Below, one piece after another: positions 29,173-36,764 of a stretch of 64,000 nucleotides of DNA; positions within the stretch are counted from its first letter, which is position 1, and each line of letters opens with the position of its first letter. Origin of the DNA: an uncultured Bacilli bacterium (GTDB taxonomy: Bacteria; Bacillota_I; Bacilli_A; RF39; UBA660). The notes beneath the pieces were generated by a model, which was not told the origin of the DNA, made no database searches, and saw only the letters and a list, made by a program, of their open reading frames with translations. A program made the translations under genes and the position numbers. Location of the stretch: contig CAJTXV010000006.1 of the NCBI GenBank assembly GCA_910584255.1, forward strand, positions 1,280-65,279. Direction: 5' to 3'.

Positions 29173-29706
29173 CTATTCCTTTCCGAAGGTTTCTTTTAAC
29201 TCTTTTAAAGTTCGATATAAAATATTCTTTACATTCGATTCATTTATATTTAATTCTTTTGAAATTTCTTTAATTGTTAACTCTAACCCATAATAAAGAA
29301 AAAATATTTTTGTAACAATTGGCTTTTTCTTTTTAATATACTCCCATACCTTTTTTGATTCCTCCTTATTAATTACAAAATCTAGTGTATCAAAATCATC
29401 TTTTATGGTTTCTATCCACTCTATCTCCTGTTCATTTTTTGAAAACAAGGAATAGGTTTTTATTTTATAGAATAGTCCATAGTACTTTTTTATCTTATTT
29501 TTGGCAACCCCTATTAAGAAAGCTTTCATTTTTTCTTCATTTATCGTTTTTCTTTCTAGAATCCGATAAAATTCTAGATAAGTCTCTTGCAAGATATCAT
29601 TGACATCTTCTATATTATTAGAGTGACAAACAATATATTTCAGAATATCTTGATAAGTATTTTTATAAATATTTTCGAACTTTTTTTGACTCTCTTCTAT
29701 TGTCAT
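29173..29706 (-). CDS. ECF-type RNA polymerase sigma-70 family factor
   Basis: Region 2 (...DVNDILQETYLEFYR...) and region 4 HTH (LTIKEISKELNINESNVKNILYRTLKELK). Confidence 0.8.
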   Translation of the reverse strand: MTIEESQKKFENIYKNTYQDILKYIVCHSNNIEDVNDILQETYLEFYRILERKTINEEKMKAFLIGVAKNKIKKYYGLFYKIKTYSLFSKNEQEIEWIETIKDDFDTLDFVINKEESKKVWEYIKKKKPIVTKIFFLYYGLELTIKEISKELNINESNVKNILYRTLKELKETFGKE

Positions 29707-29751
29707 TTTATCACCTTCACTATACTATTCCATGTTTTATAAAAAAAGTTT

Positions 29752-29781
29752 CAAAAAAAGATAAGTGAATTTTTCTTATCT
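29752..29781 (-). terminator. Rho-independent terminator closing the ATPase/TOPRIM-like pair
   Basis: Minus strand: agataag-aaaaattca-cttatct followed by TTTTTTG. The left arm overlaps the stop codon at 29776. Confidence 0.5.
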
Positions 29782-30345
29782 AACAGATGTTTTCTCTTTA
29801 TTTTTAGCATTTTGTTTTTTTAATAAATCTGCAAGGTATAGTTCACCCTTTTTGTGTTTCTTTATTCTTTTATATTCTAGCAAATTTTCTATTAAATGAC
29901 TTATATTCTTTTCCTTATAATAGTTCTCTATAAATTTACTTGATTGGTTATATCTTCTTCCATTGTATATAATATTTTCTTTTGCAAATTCTTTCGCATC
30001 CATTTTACTCTTACCAAATTTAGAAAATAAGTTTTCATTTATAATCATCAGTATTTCTAACTCTGGTTTGGTGCAGTACCTAAAAATATTTTCTTTTAAT
30101 ATAATATTTTTTAATTCTGGAGGAATTTTTAACTCATCATTTTGTGTATCCCCAATTCGATATATAATTACAGGTTGATTGTAATGCTTTAGTTCAGATT
30201 TTATCATTGCACTATTTAAGTTTCTAAGATGATAGGGTCTTAATCCGATTAAGTCATCTCTATTAAATTCTAATTTATTATAATCTAATAAAAGATTCAT
30301 AATGGTCTCTTCATTATTCCCTTCACACATGAGCAAATATTTCAT
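29776..30345 (-). CDS. Small TOPRIM-like (RloB/DUF4276/DUF4435-like) protein, partner of the upstream ATPase
   Basis: 189 aa. N-terminus is YLLMCEGNNEE (conserved Glu after a beta-strand); also has the acidic cluster RIGDTQND and KPELEILMI. Start and stop share nt 30345 with the ATPase gene. Confidence 0.45.
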   Translation of the reverse strand: MKYLLMCEGNNEETIMNLLLDYNKLEFNRDDLIGLRPYHLRNLNSAMIKSELKHYNQPVIIYRIGDTQNDELKIPPELKNIILKENIFRYCTKPELEILMIINENLFSKFGKSKMDAKEFAKENIIYNGRRYNQSSKFIENYYKEKNISHLIENLLEYKRIKKHKKGELYLADLLKKQNAKNKEKTSVR

Positions 30346-31481
30346 TACATTAATTCCTTTTTAAATTTCATTAATGCATCATAATCTACATCTGTATCAA
30401 AGGCATTTTCATAATATTTCTTACTTTTTAATAATTCTGGTCTAATTTTATATTTTTCATACATATTTTCAAGTTTAATATACTGATCATATTTACTAAT
30501 ATAAATATTATCACTTCGATCAAAAAGATCTAACAACTCACAGTAATGTGTTGTAAAAATTAAAGTTGCATTCTTTTTATTGACCGATTTATCCTTATAT
30601 AGGTTAATTAAGTTTTCTACTAATGTTTTATGAAAGTGAATTTCTATTTCATCAATAATCAAATCTAGTCCATTTTTTAATGAAACTATAACAAATGCAA
30701 ATAGCGCTAGTCCCTTGTTGGTTCCGCTGGATAATATTTCGTATAATTCTCTACTAGATACTTCTTGTACTTCTCGATTTTTGTATTTAATTTCGAACTT
30801 GTTTTCACTTTCCATTTTTATACCTACAATATGATCATCAAACATTTTTACAGTGGATTCTAACAATTTCAAATTTGAATCAAAAGCATTGTAGAGTTCA
30901 AATATTTTGACATAATCATGATAAGAAATATCTTTATTAGAATAATACATCCCTCTTAACTCAATATCCCTTAATAATAAATAGACTATAGAAGTATCTT
31001 CTGGCAAATTAACATTCGTCTTCATTTCTTCATATTTTTTATAATCAAATAGATTTTTACTATGAGATTTCTTATAGTTCCGTTTGAATAGACGTTGATT
31101 TTTAAATAATATACTTGTGTCATTCATCATATTTTTATTTTTACATAGATCAGTTACATAACGATATAAAGCACCCTCATGATAAAAAGTAACATCAATA
31201 TTTATTATTTTATTACCAAATCCAAACAAATTGTTTGCGGAATGAATTCTATAATCTGAAAATATATCATAAATGAGTTCCAGTAGGTCTGTTGTTGTCG
31301 TCTTTCCTGATGCATTTTTTCCAACAATACCAATTGTCTTATATACAAATAAATCTTCATCAATTTCATGAAGTTCAAATTCCTTGTCTTCTTGCGTTTT
31401 ATTTGCGATTGGAACAAAAGAAATAGTAAAATTATCTTCACATAATTTAAAATGATTGGCAACGACTCTTAAAAGTTTCAT
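30345..31481 (-). CDS. ABC/SMC-like ATPase of the AAA_15/AAA_21 (OLD-type) class
   Basis: Walker A GKNASGKTT (res 54-62), signature-like SSGTNKG, Walker B/D-loop LIIDEIEIHFH, H-loop FTTHY. Confidence 0.75.
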   Translation of the reverse strand: MKLLRVVANHFKLCEDNFTISFVPIANKTQEDKEFELHEIDEDLFVYKTIGIVGKNASGKTTTTDLLELIYDIFSDYRIHSANNLFGFGNKIINIDVTFYHEGALYRYVTDLCKNKNMMNDTSILFKNQRLFKRNYKKSHSKNLFDYKKYEEMKTNVNLPEDTSIVYLLLRDIELRGMYYSNKDISYHDYVKIFELYNAFDSNLKLLESTVKMFDDHIVGIKMESENKFEIKYKNREVQEVSSRELYEILSSGTNKGLALFAFVIVSLKNGLDLIIDEIEIHFHKTLVENLINLYKDKSVNKKNATLIFTTHYCELLDLFDRSDNIYISKYDQYIKLENMYEKYKIRPELLKSKKYYENAFDTDVDYDALMKFKKELM

Positions 31482-31605
31482 ATTCTCTCTCCCTTTCTAC
31501 CTACATTGTACTACAAAAATAACAAAAAATACATTTTTTTTGTTATTTTTATTATTTTTTGCCTTTTATCTCCACTTTTTCTACAATTTTATAGAGATAA
31601 ACACA

Positions 31606-32115
31606 CTATTTGTTTATCTCTTCTTTATTTTCTAATATATTTTCAAATTTGTTTATTTCTTTTCTATTTTTGTACTTTGTACGAATGGTTTCTTTTATTT
31701 CTCTATTCATACTACTTTGATATCCAATAAATGGTTCATCGCCAATGATGAAATATGGAACACTTCTTTTTCCTGTCTCCTCTTTAAATTCTTCCTTAAA
31801 AGAATCCATAATTTTTCCATTTTCTTCGTTATCCCAAACCTCAAAACCATAAACATTATAATACTTTCCATAATTACTTCTAATACTCTCTAAAAATCTA
31901 AATAATTCTTCACAATGAGGACAACCACTTCCCCAAAACACATAGATATTTATTTTTTTAGATTCTTGAGAGATATCTTCTAGTTTTGCATCTTTTAGAA
32001 TGATTGTATTGGATTGTTCATCTAAATAGTCTTGGTAGTACTCGTTCGCTATATAAACACTAGTACCTATAATGATAATAATTATAATTGCTAAAATATT
32101 ACTTTTTGTTTTCAT
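31606..32115 (-). CDS. Membrane-anchored thioredoxin-fold protein (CPHC active site)
   Basis: N-terminal TM helix ILAIIIIIIIGTSVYI, then INIYVFWGSGCPHCEELFRFLE...SVPYFIIG (CxxC plus cis-Pro region). Its ATG overlaps the ASST stop (TAATG at 32115). Confidence 0.7.
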   Translation of the reverse strand: MKTKSNILAIIIIIIIGTSVYIANEYYQDYLDEQSNTIILKDAKLEDISQESKKINIYVFWGSGCPHCEELFRFLESIRSNYGKYYNVYGFEVWDNEENGKIMDSFKEEFKEETGKRSVPYFIIGDEPFIGYQSSMNREIKETIRTKYKNRKEINKFENILENKEEINK

Positions 32116-34079
32116 TAAAAGTCTACATACTCTCCTGTATTATAAAGAACTCCATCAATTTCTAGATAAATAGAATATTTTCCAATTAAACTATCCAAAT
32201 TAATATATTTTGTTACCATAATGCCATTTTCATCTTCTTCTTCCGTAAATATATCTACACATAAAGCAGTATATGGTTTTTTACTAATTACTACATTATA
32301 ATATTTCCAATTCATATTACGATAAAGTACAATCTTTACTTGATTGGTTCTTAGGAATTGCCCTTTTACTACCAATCGATCTATTTCTTTAGTGATTTCA
32401 ATTTTATGAGACTTGTAGTCATCATCTATCTTCTTAGTGGATACAAACGGATTAAATTTTTCCTTCTCTACTTCTGTTTTTCCTAAACTTCCAAGTCTTG
32501 TTGCCTCACCAAGTTTAAATTTTTCTTGGTCACTATATAGACTCATTTTCTCTACTCGATAATTATTGGTAGGTAGTTTTAATTCAAATACAACTTCATC
32601 ATTTATTAACTCCACTGTATCTGATACAAGAGTTGCATCTTTACTAAATCCTGCAGGTTGATTCGAATTTTTTCCATCTACATAGACAATTCCACCAGAG
32701 TGAACAATATAATGATCCTTTTCTAAGTAATCAACATCTGAAATATAAGGAGAATAGAACTCACTGCCACGATTTTTACCATATTCCCATACTTGCTCAA
32801 TTGTCATGTTTTTTGTATCTATTTTGTACATGACACCCCTAGTATAGCTATCTTCTGCTTTCACATATTCTTCTTTCACTTTTGATTTATTATTTCCATT
32901 ATCCAGTAAGAATACATATCCTTCTGGTGTAATCATTGAAGCATGTTGACTCCATTGCCATTCGAAGTTATCTCCTACTGGTTTAAAAAAATACTTTTGA
33001 TACTCTTTTCCCCAAGAGGTAGAGTCCCCTAAAATCCAATTCAACTCTCCACTTTCATAATCAATATTAACTACTGCATCTTGATGACGTCCAGATAAAG
33101 TGATAGAGTTTGTTTTTTTGTCATACCAAACTGCATTGTTATGAAACCAATCGTAGGATGTCCAATTTTCACTCTTTCCATCTTCCATCGGTAAAATATC
33201 CTTTAAATCGAATCTTTTTACAATCTTTCCCGTTTTACGATCTAATTCTACAATGTAATCTTCTACAGTTCCATCTTCATTATTAAAGTCATCACTCGCT
33301 ACTAATAAATTTCCATTTTCCATTTCATAATAGTCGTGATGGTATCCACCTTCTAAACTAAATTCTGTATAGATTTTTCCAAGTAGATCCATTTCATATA
33401 AACCTGTCATATAATAAGGGCTATTAATTAATCGTTCTGTACTAACTAATAGATGTCCATTTTCTAACCGATCTATTTTCCATAATGCATAATTTTTTAA
33501 ATACCAACGAACATCTCCATTTACATCATAAGCAGTTGTATATCCGATACTAGAAGGTGTATAGAAATATAAATCATTCGTTAATTTCTCAGTTTTTTTA
33601 CTTACACTTGCTTTTAAAATCATATTTTCTGGAAGTTTGTCTGTTTGAATAGAAAGCTCCTTACTTACTGTTTCTCCCTCCTCTTCATACTCAATTACTA
33701 CCTTATTCTCTTGATCTGCATAAAGACCATAAATTGGTAGTTCATGTTTCTTAGATAAAGAAAAAGTATGTGTATAAGTCGTTAATTCATCTTTTCCAGT
33801 AATCGTTACTTTTGGACTTACCTTATCCTCTGTTTCAAATAAAACAAGCGCCGTTAAAGGTGAAATTCCATAAGGGTCTACGATTACATTCGGATTTTCT
33901 ATCGTGTACCCTTTTGTTTTAAATTTTTTTTCTTTCTGATACTGTTCTTCTGTTAAACTAGTGATTACATGCACTTCTTTTTTATTTTCATACCGTTGAT
34001 TTTGAACATTTGAAAAAACAGCGATACCAAATAAAATAATTATAATTGCACTCAAAATTAAAATTCCATTTTTTTTCAT
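32115..34079 (-). CDS. Arylsulfotransferase (ASST) family protein, N-terminally anchored/secreted
   Basis: 654 aa, signal-anchor ILILSAIIIILFGIAVF. Beta-propeller-type body with ...GGYHHDYYEMENGNLLV... and ...YDWFHNNAVWYDKKTNSITLSGRHQDAVVNIDYESGELNWILG..., characteristic of the Arylsulfotrans family. Confidence 0.8.
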   Translation of the reverse strand: MKKNGILILSAIIIILFGIAVFSNVQNQRYENKKEVHVITSLTEEQYQKEKKFKTKGYTIENPNVIVDPYGISPLTALVLFETEDKVSPKVTITGKDELTTYTHTFSLSKKHELPIYGLYADQENKVVIEYEEEGETVSKELSIQTDKLPENMILKASVSKKTEKLTNDLYFYTPSSIGYTTAYDVNGDVRWYLKNYALWKIDRLENGHLLVSTERLINSPYYMTGLYEMDLLGKIYTEFSLEGGYHHDYYEMENGNLLVASDDFNNEDGTVEDYIVELDRKTGKIVKRFDLKDILPMEDGKSENWTSYDWFHNNAVWYDKKTNSITLSGRHQDAVVNIDYESGELNWILGDSTSWGKEYQKYFFKPVGDNFEWQWSQHASMITPEGYVFLLDNGNNKSKVKEEYVKAEDSYTRGVMYKIDTKNMTIEQVWEYGKNRGSEFYSPYISDVDYLEKDHYIVHSGGIVYVDGKNSNQPAGFSKDATLVSDTVELINDEVVFELKLPTNNYRVEKMSLYSDQEKFKLGEATRLGSLGKTEVEKEKFNPFVSTKKIDDDYKSHKIEITKEIDRLVVKGQFLRTNQVKIVLYRNMNWKYYNVVISKKPYTALCVDIFTEEEDENGIMVTKYINLDSLIGKYSIYLEIDGVLYNTGEYVDF

Positions 34080-34130
34080 TGTTTCTTCCTCCTGATTTCA
34101 TTTTATCAAAATTTTCATTTTCCTTAAATA

Positions 34131-34166
34131 AAACCCTAGTTGAATTTACTCAACCCCAAGTTGAAT
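34131..34166 (-). promoter_or_regulatory. Two 15-nt direct repeats spaced 21 nt apart, upstream of the ASST gene (candidate operator)
   Basis: Minus strand: ATTCAACTTGGGGTT (34166-34152) and ATTCAACTAGGGTTT (34145-34131), 13/15 identical and two helical turns apart. They lie between the XRE-gene stop (34168) and the ASST start (34079). Confidence 0.4.
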
Positions 34167-34167
34167 C

Positions 34168-34878
34168 TTAGTTTTTACACTCTTCTAATTGTAATGGTAC
34201 TTTATAAAAAGTAATTTTCCCCTTTATATCTGTAGCTTCAATTTCTAAATATAGACTATCTTTAGAATAATTTTTATAAGTTTTTGAATAGTCATCAATA
34301 TGAAAATTTACTTTCTTTAAAAACTCTTCTAACGTAATCGAAGGTTTTTCTTGATAGTGATAATTACTAATTTCTTTTTTTATCTTTTCATCTACTTCAT
34401 ACAAGGTACATTTCATCTCTTGATATTGGTTTTTTTCAATTGCCCCACCACAATATGAGATATCAGAAATATAAATTGCTGATTTTTTATGATTATAAGC
34501 AATACTACCAGATACTAAGAAATTATCACAACTAGAAGAAATTGGTTTCATTTCAAAATCCTCAGAATGAATCTGTTTTACTATCATTACTCCTATGATG
34601 AAAAGAATTAAAAGAAGAAGAAGAATCCATTTTGTTTTATTTTTTTTACTTTTTTCTTTCTCTTTTTCTTGTACTTTCGCATCTAAAAAGTCATCTAATG
34701 GAATATTATAATCTTTACACATTTCTTTTAGCACAAAAAGATCTGGAATATTCTTTCCATTTTCCCATTTGGATACAGCTTGATAAGTTACGCCATATTT
34801 TTTAGCAAATTCCTGTTGTGTCAGATGATGTTTTGTTCTTAATTCTTTAATTAGTTTTCCAATTTTCTCTTGATTCAT
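34168..34878 (-). CDS. Membrane-bound XRE-family HTH transcriptional regulator
   Basis: IGKLIKELRTKHHLTQQEFAKKYGVTYQAVSKWENGKNIPD (Cro/C1 HTH), a Lys-rich linker, TM helix WILLLLLILFIIGVMIV, and a ~130-aa extracytoplasmic domain. Start set at MNQEK (34878); the track's longer N-terminus has no RBS. Confidence 0.75.
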   Translation of the reverse strand: MNQEKIGKLIKELRTKHHLTQQEFAKKYGVTYQAVSKWENGKNIPDLFVLKEMCKDYNIPLDDFLDAKVQEKEKEKSKKNKTKWILLLLLILFIIGVMIVKQIHSEDFEMKPISSSCDNFLVSGSIAYNHKKSAIYISDISYCGGAIEKNQYQEMKCTLYEVDEKIKKEISNYHYQEKPSITLEEFLKKVNFHIDDYSKTYKNYSKDSLYLEIEATDIKGKITFYKVPLQLEECKN

Positions 34879-34990
34879 ACGTTTCAACCTACTTATCATT
34901 TGTTTATATTTATTATAACATGGTTCTATCAAAACGGAAAGAATGAGAAATTTAACAAAATACGATATACTAACCAAAAGGAGGTTCTAC

Positions 34991-35623
34991 ATGAAAAAAC
35001 GTTTTTTATTTATGTTTATCACTCTTTTGCTAGCATTTTTTCCGATGTTTGCTTTTGCTTCTAGATACTATATAGATGAGACGGATATGAGTCTTTTACT
35101 AGATGATACATCTTGGTATGCTTTTACGAGGGGAAACATTGAAAATAATCAAGATTTGGAAGAGTTAGGAGTTTCTTCTGAGTATTTATCTAATCTGATG
35201 AAGGAAAACCTGATTTATTTAAATGCTGTTCCTTTTTCTAAGAATCAAGAAGATATGATAGAACTATTTGTACGAAAAAAAGGAAGCAGTAAAGTAAAAA
35301 ACTTAAGCAACTATTCAGATGTTCAATGGAAAGATTTGGCGCAAGAATTATCAAAAAAACAAGATTCCTCTATTTCAGAAATTTATGAAAATGATTATAA
35401 GTTTATCTATTTAGAATATCAAGATTCAGGATATCACTTATTAGAATACTATACGATTATCAATCAAGAAGCTTATACAGTTACCGTTCAAAAGGTTAAC
35501 GATTTTACAAAAGAAGAAAAAGATTCTTTTGAAATAGAACCTATTATCATTGGGGCAATTACAGGAGCTATTGGAGGACTGCCTGTATATTTTCAAAATC
35601 GAACATCAAAAATTACCATTTAA
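34991..35623 (+). CDS. Secreted/membrane-tethered hypothetical protein (one of the only plus-strand genes)
   Basis: AAAGGAGG RBS 6 nt before ATG 34991. Signal peptide MKKRFLFMFITLLLAFFPMFAFA and a C-terminal hydrophobic segment PIIIGAITGAIGGLPVYF. Confidence 0.55.
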   Translation: MKKRFLFMFITLLLAFFPMFAFASRYYIDETDMSLLLDDTSWYAFTRGNIENNQDLEELGVSSEYLSNLMKENLIYLNAVPFSKNQEDMIELFVRKKGSSKVKNLSNYSDVQWKDLAQELSKKQDSSISEIYENDYKFIYLEYQDSGYHLLEYYTIINQEAYTVTVQKVNDFTKEEKDSFEIEPIIIGAITGAIGGLPVYFQNRTSKITI

Positions 35624-35637
35624 AAAGAATGAGTGGC

Positions 35638-36747
35638 TCATTCTTTTTTGTTTTCTTTTTGAATAGTACTTTCAAACGTTACTTGAAATAGGAAATCATA
35701 ATATAGTTTCCTTTTCATCAAAAGAACTAATATGTGGGATAAGTAAAAGAAAAATAAAAACAATAATGTCCCACCAAATAGAATCAAATTTTCTCTCGCA
35801 TCCATCATTAAATAGTCTTTTAAGTAAGTAACTATCACTAATAAGTAAAACGGAAGATAAAGATAATAAAAGAAATAGAATATCATTCGAAGAATTTTCC
35901 TTATGATCCAATAGTTAGAATATAGAACTTTAACATTTACTAGTTTACCTCCTAGTGTTTGTTTGTTCATAAATATTGGAATTACAACAAAATATAAGAG
36001 AAATGAAATAAATATAATTGAGTTTTTCTTTTCAAAAATCAAACACAAAAAGCATGTAATTACCGTATATAAAAATAAGTCTAAAAAGAATAGAGTCAGT
36101 CTTCTAAAGCCTGAAACCTTTCTTCCTTGTTCTAGTGATTCCTCATCTATTTTATCTCTTGTTGGTAATCGTTTGGTAAAAAGACCCATCAATAAAAATC
36201 CTAAAACTCCGCCTAGTGTATTCGTCAGTAAATCGTCTACATCAAATAATCGATAAGGACCAGGATAAATAAAATAAAGTCCTGTTAGCTGAGTAAGTTC
36301 AAAAAATAGACTTAAAAGAAAACTATAAATCGCAACTTTCTTTAAACTACATTTAAAATAATACCTCAAATACATTCCAAATGGAATTGTCATAAAAATA
36401 TTAAAGACAACTGTATAAAAACAATTTTCCTTGATTGCCTTTAGATACGTACTAGGTTCTGTAATTACAAGGGAGGTTTCTTTTATAAAATCTTGTATAA
36501 AAGCAAATGGTTGTAGTTGAATCATATCAGATATATGATTAGTGACTTCACTTACTTTAGGAAGAGGAAGAATTACTAAAAAATAAACAGTCATCATGTA
36601 TAGAATAAAGGAATATACAATCAGTACTCGAAACTTATGAATCGACCCGTATTTATGATACTGATGTAAAATAAAAGGAATCGTAAAAAGAAAGGCAATG
36701 AATGGAAATGTAAACAAAGCCGTTTTTATACTAGTTACATAATTCAT
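35638..36747 (-). CDS. VanZ-like / RDD-domain fusion membrane protein, co-operonic with the Bce-type ABC transporter
   Basis: The N-terminal half has 4-5 TM helices with ...FELTQLTGL...RLFDVDDLLTNTLGGVLGF (VanZ-like). The C-terminal half is RRLTLFFLDLFLY...GGKLVNVKV (RDD-like). It starts 17 nt after the permease stop. Confidence 0.6.
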   Translation of the reverse strand: MNYVTSIKTALFTFPFIAFLFTIPFILHQYHKYGSIHKFRVLIVYSFILYMMTVYFLVILPLPKVSEVTNHISDMIQLQPFAFIQDFIKETSLVITEPSTYLKAIKENCFYTVVFNIFMTIPFGMYLRYYFKCSLKKVAIYSFLLSLFFELTQLTGLYFIYPGPYRLFDVDDLLTNTLGGVLGFLLMGLFTKRLPTRDKIDEESLEQGRKVSGFRRLTLFFLDLFLYTVITCFLCLIFEKKNSIIFISFLLYFVVIPIFMNKQTLGGKLVNVKVLYSNYWIIRKILRMIFYFFYYLYLPFYLLVIVTYLKDYLMMDARENLILFGGTLLFLFFFYLSHILVLLMKRKLYYDFLFQVTFESTIQKENKKE

Positions 36748-36764
36748 ATCATCACCTTATCTTT

